This document shows positions 1 through 22,421 of a stretch of DNA of 64,000 nucleotides, one piece after another. Each line of letters opens with the position of its first letter. The stretch's first letter is position 1. The stretch is from contig OZ260663.1 in assembly GCA_965285935.1 (NCBI GenBank), forward strand, positions 73,036,001-73,100,000, in the 5' to 3' direction. The notes under the pieces are model-generated. The model searched no databases. It was not told the origin of the DNA and saw only the letters and a list, made by a program, of their open reading frames with translations. The DNA is from Ophelia neglecta (Eukaryota). A program made the translations under genes and the position numbers.

Positions 1-385
1 ACCTGTCAGAAAACAGATTGGCTGCAAAAATTAGAAAGAAAAGAAAGCTATATAGGCACTTTCCAAAGGCTGTACTTAAATAGATTTAATCAAAAGAAGT
101 ATGGGTGGACTTCTTGAATTATATGACATCAGAAAATGAAAGCATGCATGTGTATTTACATTGAGCCTTGCCAAGCCCCTGTAGATTATTTGACAGAGTA
201 GTAGGGATATCAACTATTATGTTGACATTCTACCTTTTGTTCGGTCAATTTACTTATGGACAATGAAGCAAGCTACCAAGGGTAGTAGATTTTTTGAATC
301 ATATTTATGTGATTCTTCAAGAGATTACTAAATCAATAAATTGTTCTTTCATTCTTACATGTACGTGATGCCCACATTAATTTTG

Positions 386-3300
386 TTACCAATACTTCTC
401 AAAGTCCTTTTGAACTTTCTGAAAGCATGCAAGACATGGCAGGATTATGAGCAACAAGTTAACATTTTATAGATAAGTAGTTAAGTGGGTACTGTAGCAG
501 GCTTTGCAGCTAACTCAATTCACCAGAAGGGTGTCTCCAAAGCCTGGTATAGTTGAATACATTATATAGGTGACTCCAATACTGGGAATCTGGCCAAGTT
601 TGAAGCAGGAAAAGAAACATTTTCACACTTTGCATCGATTCTGATCAAGTAAGTTTGTGGGTCAGCCAAAATGTTAAAACAACCAGAAGATATGTTGGAT
701 TGTAAAGGCCTGGAAATGCTTACAATTACAGTCCACTCACTCAATTTTCCAACTTTTCCTGCTTTCTCTATCATTCCTGGATTTACAGGATTTTCAAGAA
801 ATTCAAAACATAAATTTTTAGCTCACTGCAAATTTAAAGCCTAGCGACAAATTCAGGCACCATTATCATCAAATGTCTTTTCAGTTGCATGGAAATAACA
901 TACATGTACAGTACAAGACAGATTATCCAAATCCAGATTATTAGGATCAGTGCTGGTGAGGACATTCAAGGCAAGTGATATAGACCCTTTTTCTAGGGCA
1001 CTGTGCAACCTTTATATGTATATAAACATGCTATCTATAGGCAGGCTTAAAATTTTGAATGTACAAAACGTGTAAATAATAACGGTGTTTGAAACCCAGA
1101 TGCACAATCCTCCTTACATCCGATTATACAAACAAATTTATTGTCCCTAGAGACGTTCGGATAATCGGGCTTGTACTGTTCCACGAAAATGAAATAATGT
1201 ACGATCTGTTTCCCACAATATTAAATATGCATACTATAACTCTGTATCAAACCAAAACATAAATGGTAAAACGTGGCCAACATCCTGACATTCTGTCCTG
1301 AAGGCAACAAACTGCCTGGATCAGTAGCCCAAGGTATCTACATGTAGCTTTTTTATACTATTTTTTATTAAGGTACCATTTATCAAGATAATCATCATCA
1401 TTTTCCTTAAATTTGTGACAAATGGCAATAGAAATGGTGCTGGGCTTGTATTGTCATTATAAACATATTTCTTAAGTTCAGATCAGAGGGAGCCCAGTCT
1501 GATGATTATATCAAATCAATAACAGGCTTTGAAGCTAACATGCGACTGTCCGACTGAGTCTAGTAAAAAATGGTCAAGTGGCCTCAATGTTCCCATTAAA
1601 ACGACCCTGCATTGCCATCTCAGTCGTCCTAATAAATCTCCTTGAATGTCAGTGCCAACGTTCTGTAATACTGACTAAATATGTCTGAATATTCCTGGTG
1701 TTTTACGCCGAAAATTGTAGCCGATAATCAGATAACAGTGTCTAATTGCTCACCCAGTTTGTTTACATCCGGCCCCTCCAGCCGACAGAGGGCAGTATGT
1801 GCAATATTAGGCTGGTTTCCCAAAGTCTGTACACTGCACTGTTTACTGTCCTCTGCAAACACACAGGGAACCAGTGGGCATTTCCAAACCATGATATTGA
1901 TATCCATTACGGTGCAGTGGCACCAATTTAAAAGGCAGTGATGTTGAAGGCAAATGCGTTAAAATTTAAGGTTGGTTGAGTATTATATTCAGTCTAGTAA
2001 AAAATGGCTCAGTCTAGTAAATCTTATGGTCTCATAGACTGGGGCCACAGGGTCCAGTCTAGTTAACCAGAAAGTTAGCTTCAAAGCCTGCAATAATGTG
2101 ACTGGTTTAGGTAAAATTTGCAGGTATAACTTACATTTGGTTCAGTGTTTGGAGCATAGCGTTTCACTGGCTGGCCTGTCTTGTCCACTACAAACTTAGT
2201 GAAATTCCACTTGATGAAACTGTGAAGAAAACAAAGTCCCGTTATATATTCAAGGCTATGTATCTTTCTGTCATTATTCAACAGCTTTTTACAAGGACTG
2301 CACAATATAAATAAATAGCCATCAGTAACTTAACACAAAAGTTTTGTCAAAGCTTCCCATACTAACATTTTAACACATATAAACTATAAACATTATGCTA
2401 AATGACATTTATTACTCATTTTATTTGGCAAATAGCAAAACATTAAATTTGCAATTAGCTCAAATAGTTATTCACCTGAATCTATAGAAAGTAATGTTTG
2501 CCTGCTTTAAACCCTAGTGATGTAATTACATTTGTTTGACCAATTTACTCATAAATTATTGGGAAATTAACCTGGATACATGCTCTGAAGCCAGGCACAA
2601 TGTAAAAAATAAAAATAAAAACCCATTATATAAAACAAGATCAAGCTTGATAGACCTATTCTCCAGTATCCAGAGTTCGTTTAGAACTTAGAAGTAAAAT
2701 AGATGTTTACACGTAAGGCCATAAACAAGTCTGGCTGAAAAAAAAAGATATATGGTCTCATCTTATTCTAATTCCAATGGAATACTTGAAAGGAAAAATA
2801 TATACATGTAGCTAACATTTTTACCACCACCCCAGTTTTATTACATAGTAGTCTCTAGCTGGTGAAGAAGTCTAGAAAATTAACCTGATTAAATTTTATG
2901 AGTGAAATTAACTTACTCTCCTAGTGTCCCCCCTTGCTTGTGCTTAAGATATTTCCACAATGGGTGAGCACTGTCTTTGTTGACATCAATCTTTGCAAAC
3001 ATGTCAAAAGTCACACCATACTTGGAGGTTGCAAATTGTTTGATTTCCTCATTAGTCCCTGGTTCCTGTAAGAGAAAATATTGTTAGAACCCTGTTTAAC
3101 TAATTCCTTTTTATCTTTGCCGAGAATTGATTACAAACTATGAATGAGTTTACCTGGCTGCCGAACTGGTTGCAGGGAAAAGCGAGTATTTTCAGTCCCT
3201 TGGATTCTGCTAGCTCGTCGTACAGAGCCTGCAGTTGTTTGTAGTTTTTGTCTGTGAACCCTCATTTACTCGCCACATTCACTATCAAGCAAACATGGCC

Positions 3301-6300
3301 CCTGAAACAATACAAAGTACAGTTGTTATTCTTTCTACGAAACTGTACAAGTAGAAATGTTTGCAAGGAAGTTCCCAATTTTTTATTTTTCCTTTATTTG
3401 CCAAATTAATATGAATCGCTATAATTCTAAATTACACTTCAGCAAAAAGGTTAAACTACTGTACATGTATTTATTTATTATCATCATACAGTATTACATA
3501 TAAATTATGTACAATTCTAGAGCAATAAATAAAACATATACAATATGCAAAATTAAGATCTATAGATAGCAAAGAAACAAACAGATATTATACTGATTAT
3601 ATAACCAAACCGCGTTAAAAAATATTATTGAATACAGATTGAATTAATATAAGTTTGTTTAAGCCTACCATACCATATTATGACATATTAAAGCAGCTAA
3701 CAGAAAAGTCCTTGTTAAATATAGCAAAAGACAGGAAGCCGGCTTATTTGTCTTGGATGTTATGACAAAATAAATTTAATCGATCTGTGAGAGATTAAAA
3801 ATAAATGAAAACTTAAGTTACAGCTTTCCACTGATATGAATCCGAATAAAAACAAAGAAACGAGAAAAAAAGGAATATAAGGTTTCAATAGTTTGAGTGC
3901 TGGTGCGATGGCACAGGTGCAGTAAGAATAGTAACACAAATTGCCTGCTGGATACAAAGTTAAATTAATTACATTAATAAAGCTTTAATAATAGCTTTTT
4001 AGTGAAGAACTTGAAGGAGTGTATTGAGCAATTATAATCAATGTGATCAAGGCTCAAATTGTAGGACAAGGCTGCTTGTTAAATAGGATTGTGTTGCATA
4101 GCTGAAGTTCTCGGAGGAAAGGGAGGTAATAAATGAAGATTGGATGATTGTCTAGTTTGTGATTATGGACATCAAAATTGAATTTAAACAGAGAAGAGAG
4201 CACTTCTTGGATCATACCATTAAACAATTTATAGATAATAAGCTGGAGACATATTGTACATTCCACATAGTGGGAGAATATTCGTATCAATAAAAAGAGG
4301 CAAGGAGGAGAGTTTCTCGAAGATCCAGTCACCAAAACTTTTTTCCTCCAAACATTTCCATTCCTATAGTATAGTATTTATCAAATGTGTACAAATCCTT
4401 GATTTTATTGAACATCTACATTTACATATTTAGTTATGATGGAACGGTTCAGGGCCTTATTAAGTCATATTAATATTTCTTACTTGTAACGATCAAGTGA
4501 GACTTCATTTCCATCAATGTCATTGGCTTTGAAGTCATAAATGGACTCCGCTTTCTTCCACCAGTCCTTTTCCTGTGCCTCAGCCTAAGAAAACCAGAAT
4601 GAAATGGAGTACAATCAAAGATAAATAAATTCCCTTGTCAGTCAAATAGACCCAGACATCAGAAAGTTGGTAATTACCCTCCATACACCATGCTGCTCCT
4701 TGTTGGTCAATATTAACCTGTTTGAACAGACAGGAACTTCTGCACAATAATCTACTGCCAAACATACTGCCCAACAGGCATCAACACAAAGTTATTGTGG
4801 CGCCAAAGTGGTCAAATTAGTGTGTTATATTGATAAAGGCCATTTAACATTAATACTTTTTCCATAATTGTTTTCCAATTGCCTTGAAATGTATGTATAA
4901 TCTGATAAAATTTCAGATAAATGCAATGGCTGCCTGGTCAGTTAGAAAACAGTAATCAATGCATTTAAATAAAGCAATATTATTTTTAGAGTCTGCGTCC
5001 AGGATCTTCAAACCCACGGTTCTGTTGCAGCATCAAACTATATGTGTTAAATGAGCTTTTAATCCATTCTTGAAAATGAGCAGCGTCTGAAAAAACCATG
5101 TCCCCACATCACTACCAACATATAATGATAAATAAAGTGGAAATTGAACATCAGAGCCAACTCTGATATAAGTGGCCATGGAGATAACATGATCAGCACT
5201 GATGGATGAGCAGATTAAAGGGTGAAAATACTGTGATTAATGCGCTCCTTGCCTTTTCCTCCATCTACCAGTCATTTAGTCAATGGCTATCATGTGCACT
5301 TGAACAATTTTAACCGTGTTTGTCAACATATTCTGGTCAAATTTGAGAGGGGGGGGGGGAGGGTTAGGAGGGTGCTTGGTTTATCATTTGCATGGCCACT
5401 AAATGGCATTATTGGCATATATGGCTGAATTATTCAATGTTGTATTGGCCTATATTTTCTTTATATAATTTGTGACCAGTTTTGGAGTGTAAGATTTGTC
5501 ATCAATTTGCTGAAGAGATAGACCAGGAAATAATGGTATGACATGAAATGTGCCGGTCACTGAGACGTGTCTAGCAGATAAGCGCTTAAGATAAATTTTA
5601 GTTAGTGACAGCCAGTGAATTCCAAAACAATTTGGCTCTGTTAGCCAGTTGTACATGTACATTTATCCTAATTTCTGTCCCTCTGTACCATGTTTACATG
5701 GGTACTTTATGCAAATCTATACCTGCTGTGTTTGAAAATTTCCAAACCTTATATAGTCACTGTTCATTTTATTGGGGTCTATCTAGCCATAAATGCATGT
5801 TTATAGCCATGATAAGGAGCTCCAGATAATGCACAAGGTCATATGATAGCATTCAAATGCCTTGAAGAGGGACCATAGGTCAAGTTGTACATTTCCATAG
5901 TTTGTACACTCTGGAGTACAATACAAGGTTATCATATTACGGTCAAAGTTGAAACCTTGTGAGGAATAAAAGTCAAGTATAATTTGTAAGTGCAAAAATT
6001 GCCGTGAACATTTCTTCCTCCCAAGTTATGATGACAATAAACCTCATTTTATTTTGCCCAGAAAAACATTAGCCGCATATGACGTTATCTGACCGAGGAC
6101 ACATGCAACACTCTTGTACAGGCTCTAGTCATAAGTCGCCTGGATTATGGGAATTCCCTGTTGGCTGGGATAAGTCAGAACCTTTTGATCAGGCTACAGA
6201 AGGTTCAGAACAGGGCGGCTCGCCTGATATCTGGCGCCTGTCGCACAGATCACATCACCCCAGTTTTGTTCAAGCTTCACTGGCTACCAGTGGCTTGGAG

Positions 6301-7649
6301 AGTGGATTACAAAGTCATCCTCCTTACGTACAAGGCACTAAATGGACTGGCACCTCTGTACATTGCCGATCTTCTGCAACCGTTACCGTATATGGCTCCT
6401 CGAACTCTTAGGTCAGCTGCAATATCCTTGTTGGTGGTACCACAAATGAGAACTGTGACATACGGCGAGAGATGCTTTAAGAAAGTTGCTCCCACTCTGT
6501 GGAATGAACTTCCAGATCAAATAAAAAAATCAAAAACGCTTAATATTTTTAAAAAGAACCTTAAAACTCATCTTTTTAGGTCAGCCTATAATTGCTAACA
6601 TTGAAATAGTATCACGTAAATCTTTTAATGTACTTTGACTTAATTTTAATTCTACTTTTTACTTGTCAAGAATATTTCCACATATGGTGCTTTAATTGCA
6701 AAATTAACGTTAGTCATATTTTTAATAGTTTGTTTATAAAATGGATTTTACATGTATTCCTTTATGTACAGCGCTTAGAGCTATTTGGATAGGCGCTTTA
6801 TAAATCTAATAAATAATAAATAAATAATAATAATAGTACTAAACCAAAGTAAATCTTTACAAGTGGTCGGGGGTGTATTTAAAAGGGGCAACCACGGCAA
6901 ATCAAGGTCAGGTCAGCAAGTTATTCAAAAATAACTTTAGCTACAATCCTGAAGCATTTCGCCCTAATACCTTGCTGTTTTGGGTTAATATCCAGTGGTT
7001 TTGCCATGGTTGCCCTTGATTTGCCTTGGTTGCCCCTTTTGAATACACCGGTGGTCGGGACACAAGTCGGGCCATCAGACATTATAATCAGTCGACTAAA
7101 ATTGTGTTTTTTTTTTATCTGCCCGCAAATCCGGCAGATTTTCATGACTAAATATATTGACCAGCACAGTCCTATAGATATTAGTATTACATTCCACCAA
7201 TTATTGCATTGGTCAACTTTTTTGCACATTCTTTGCACCCAGAGTAACTATATATAATATGTACAAAAGCATACTGTGGCATAATGGTTAAGTTATTTGA
7301 CCATTTTAAAAGGTATTAGTTTGTCAGAACTAGATTGGCCCTGTTCTGCTCTACATGCTACGGGCACCTGCTAGTTGTATAACCATTGAACGACCTTTCG
7401 TATATCATGCAACTGGCTTAGTGGCCTGGCAAAAATAGTGAACGGTTCTATTAATAGAAGTGACGAGCGTCTGTTCTATTAAAACAGACAGCACACCGTA
7501 AATATTAACCATTTTAGTATCCAGTGATGACATACCATGGCAGTTTTACAGAATGTTCTACAGCCTATGAATGCGGCTAATCCGAAAACACCACTTGCAA
7601 CGACTGTCACCCTGCTGCTGCGTAACTGGCGCACCACAGTTCCGAACAT
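386..7649 (-). CDS. GPX4: Phospholipid hydroperoxide glutathione peroxidase (GPx4/PHGPx), selenoprotein, about 209 aa including N-terminal presequence
   Basis: Hand-spliced minus-strand exons 7649-7536, 4584-4484, 3301-3154, 3065-2917, 2219-2135, 418-386, all GT-AG and in phase. Translation: [12 protein letters not shown]...[59 protein letters not shown]...[23 protein letters not shown]...MFAKIDVN...HPLWKYLK/..[32 protein letters not shown]. All three GPx signatures are present ([25 protein letters not shown]). Confidence 0.96.
909..1178. mobile_element. TcMar-like MITE in GPX4 intron 5
   Basis: Imperfect terminal inverted repeats CAGTACAAGACAGATTATCC ... GGATAATCGGGCTTGTACTG, TA on the left flank (TT on the right), no coding capacity. 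Confidence 0.6.
1523..2090. mobile_element. hAT-like non-autonomous DNA transposon (MITE) in GPX4 intron 5
   Basis: Perfect 17-bp TIR CAGGCTTTGAAGCTAAC / GTTAGCTTCAAAGCCTG. Direct repeat CAATAA on both flanks. Subterminal AGTCTAGTAAA motifs near both ends. A related TIR copy lies near 498. Confidence 0.8.
3262..3264 (-). other. GPX4: In-frame UGA read as selenocysteine (GPx catalytic residue)
   Basis: Minus strand reads GTG GCG AGT AAA TGA GGG TTC ACA = VASK-U-GFT, exactly the catalytic Sec position of GPx. The frame is intact on both sides. Confidence 0.95.
3720..4335 (-). mobile_element. Highly decayed 3' fragment of a CR1/L2-group (Crack-like) LINE
   Basis: Minus-strand translation ...[28 protein letters not shown]...HLP/YLP-like resembles the C-terminal region after the RT domain of these LINEs. 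Frameshifted and diverged; boundaries approximate. Confidence 0.4.
6062..6835 (+). mobile_element. 5'-truncated L2-clade LINE (ORF2 C-terminus, 3' UTR and tail), antisense within GPX4 intron 1
   Basis: [35 protein letters not shown]...[11 protein letters not shown]...[19 protein letters not shown]...APLYI..LL...R.LRS...GER.F...APTLWNELP...FKK.LKTHLF is the typical L2 ORF2 C-terminus. One stop at 6080-6082. The 3' end has an AGCGC...GCGCT stem followed by an (AATA/AAT)n tail. Confidence 0.92.
6871..7050. mobile_element. 180-bp hAT-type MITE with 8-bp target-site duplication
   Basis: TIRs GGTGTATTTAAAAGGGGCAACCACGGCAAATCAAGG / CCTTGATTTGCCTTGGTTGCCCCTTTTGAATACACC. Exact 8-bp TSD GTGGTCGG at 6863-6870 and 7051-7058. 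Confidence 0.85.
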
Positions 7650-8023
7650 CACGCCGCTGAGCTGTTCCCAGTAGGCGGCGCCAGTATATTGGAAAAAATA
7701 TGGCCAACGATTGGTGCCAATAAAAACATTATGAGTCTATTATTTTCATTTCGCCTTAACAGATAGCAGATACATTTGACAATAACAGAGATGAAAAAGA
7801 ATGTTCTAGTAATATTCACAAATAAGATGAGGTCTACCGTGACACAGGCCAGTGGTTCTCACAGGACAGACTGTACATTTTTGAATGTAGATCTTTACCA
7901 TAAATTCATAAATTGATACGTCATCAAATAGTGTGCACATAGCCTCGTCCATGCTGTTGCTTGATCAGCAACTTTACAAAGTAATATTGTAGGCAAATCG
8001 ACTGTTTCCTGCGGAACCAAAAA
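7650..8023. promoter_or_regulatory. Putative bidirectional promoter and 5' UTRs of GPX4 (-) and POLR2E (+)
   Basis: Only 374 bp separate the divergent start codons. CCAAT boxes occur in both orientations (ATTGG 7688 and 7710, CCAAT 7717), plus a CRE-like TACGTCA near 7917 and local CpG enrichment. Confidence 0.75.
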
Positions 8024-20521
<12,498 letters not shown>

Positions 20522-20617
20522 TACCAAACAAGGTATGTATGATGAAGGGATTGACAGAATTAATTATGTACTAGTATTTACTGTAAGACATTTTTGTTTA
20601 GTGCACTATCTTGAATA

Positions 20618-20816
20618 CTGTTAAGTCGGAAATGTTCTTGGGAATTATATTTCGCGAATGTATAAAAAGCCATGTTCATGAGAATTTGATAACGCGGTTC
20701 CCCTATATCTCGCCACAGACTACTGGTAAATCAGAAATGTTCATAGGAATTAATTCTTGTGATCTACATAAAAATCACAGACAAATTCCCAGCGTTGAAA
20801 GTTTCAGACTTAACTG
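20618..20816. mobile_element. Small MITE in the putative POLR2E 3'-UTR intron
   Basis: TA|CTGTTAAGTCGGAAAT ... TTTCAGACTTAACTG imperfect inverted termini, with an internal duplicate of the AGAAATGTTC..GGAATTA block. Confidence 0.55.
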
Positions 20817-21861
20817 AAACCACATTTTCTATGTCAAAGATTATATTCTTAGTTGAAACTCCCAATTAAAACCCCATTGAAAAAATTAAGGCTCTACTCG
20901 TCTCTTTTTCTCTTGGTTAATATATTTGTATTTAAGAAAAAGCAAACAGATAAGTATAAGACAAATTATTACTTTATTAATATATGTAAATTAAATTGAT
21001 TTCAAGCCTGTGTGAGACATGTAACTTGCTCCAGGCACCCTGGGAAGTTGCAGGTGTGGCTCTCAATTTTTTTTACAATAAACATGTTCGGGGCAGTTAT
21101 TAGGTTACAGCTGCTATAAGGCGGACAAAACTTGTAATTCCACGCTTTTTAGTCAAACAACAGAAATGTTACCAAAGTGGATCCCAAGCAAAGTTTACAA
21201 TGTGTTTTTTACTTCAAAAACAATATCGGTTAAATTTATCTTCATTTGAATGACCACTCATTGCTATTATGGGGAAAGTTGTACTCACCGTAAAAACATG
21301 TTCTACTTTTTCGTTAAAAAACCCTCTTCAGTAAACTGCATCCTTTCTTTGCCCTCTTTTTATAGCACAATATTTTATCTAAAAAGCTGTTTATTTCGTG
21401 GGCCTATCAGAAGGCTCTCCAGTAATCAGATAAAAATTGATAAATCTAAGATAATGTCAAAACAACGTAACAATTCATTCATATCTCAGTGAAAAGGATA
21501 CTATCATTTTTTAAATGCCTTCAAGATGTTTTTCAATTTCCAATGGTCCACACCATTGCTACAAGACCATTGGCTAGACTGTCATTGCATATTGCCAATG
21601 ACTACTGTCTTATTATTTATAAAAATTATATAATATTTATATACATTTCTATTGTAGTTAACAATAAAAACTGTATTTATGTACACTTTTGACTCTTTCC
21701 AATCTTACTTTGATGTTATCCTTAGTATCCCAGTTTTAGGCCATGTTAACTTGATAACTTGGTTGATGGGTTTTTTATTTGGTAAAAAAAGATAAAAGTC
21801 TTTATTATACATGATTATTATAACTTGTTTGTTATTAAGTAGAATTTGTCTTCCTTTTCAG

Positions 21862-22113
21862 ATGCAGGGAAGTTGGCCTTCAATCATTTTCATACAGAAC
21901 AACTGGATTAGATTCATATTAGTGTAGAAAACTCATTTAAAGTGTAAATGTCTGTGTTCATAATAGTTTTAGCACAAGGCTAGTGTTACTTGTTTGTACT
22001 GTATATGAAAGGGTGTAGTACCATGTAGTATTACATGTATTGATAATCATATTCTTATCACAAAGATATATATGAGCACTACAATGTGTAGTTGACATAT
22101 ATGTATTAATAAA
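21862..22113 (+). other. POLR2E: Putative non-coding last exon of POLR2E ending at the poly(A) signal
   Basis: Donor AAG|GTATGT 11 nt after the stop (20533), strong acceptor TTTGTCTTCCTTTTCAG at 21861, and AATAAA at 22108-22113. Confidence 0.6.
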
Positions 22114-22126
22114 ATGTAAAAAGCTT

Positions 22127-22421
22127 ATATTATTTTATGAAAAGTTGTATTTATTTATATGGATAAATAAATTTAGCACTGAAATACCATTTTTGTTTCC
22201 TTGCCTGTCCCAGCCCCCATTTTCCATATTATTTTATGAAAAGTTGTATTTATTTATATGGATAAATAAAATTAGCACTGAAATACCATTTTTATTTCCT
22301 TGCCTCTCCCAGCCCCCATTTTCCATATTATTTTATGAAAAGTTGTATTTATTTATATGGATAAATAAAATTAGCACCAATATACCATTTTTGTTTCCTT
22401 GCCTCTCCCAGCCCCCATTTT
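22127..22421. repeat. Tandem repeat, 99-bp unit x3
   Basis: Units start at 22127, 22226 and 22325 (ATATTATTTTATGAAAAGTTGTATTTATTTATATGGATAAATAAA...CCCAGCCCCCATTTTC). Confidence 0.95.

Noticed and set aside
6079-6495. Overlapping ORFs 6079..6411 (+) and 6307..6495 (-)
   Set aside because: Alternative frames of the L2 LINE fragment.
386-7649. GPx pseudogene because of the internal stop
   Set aside because: The only stop is TGA at the catalytic Sec position. All splice sites and phases are intact.
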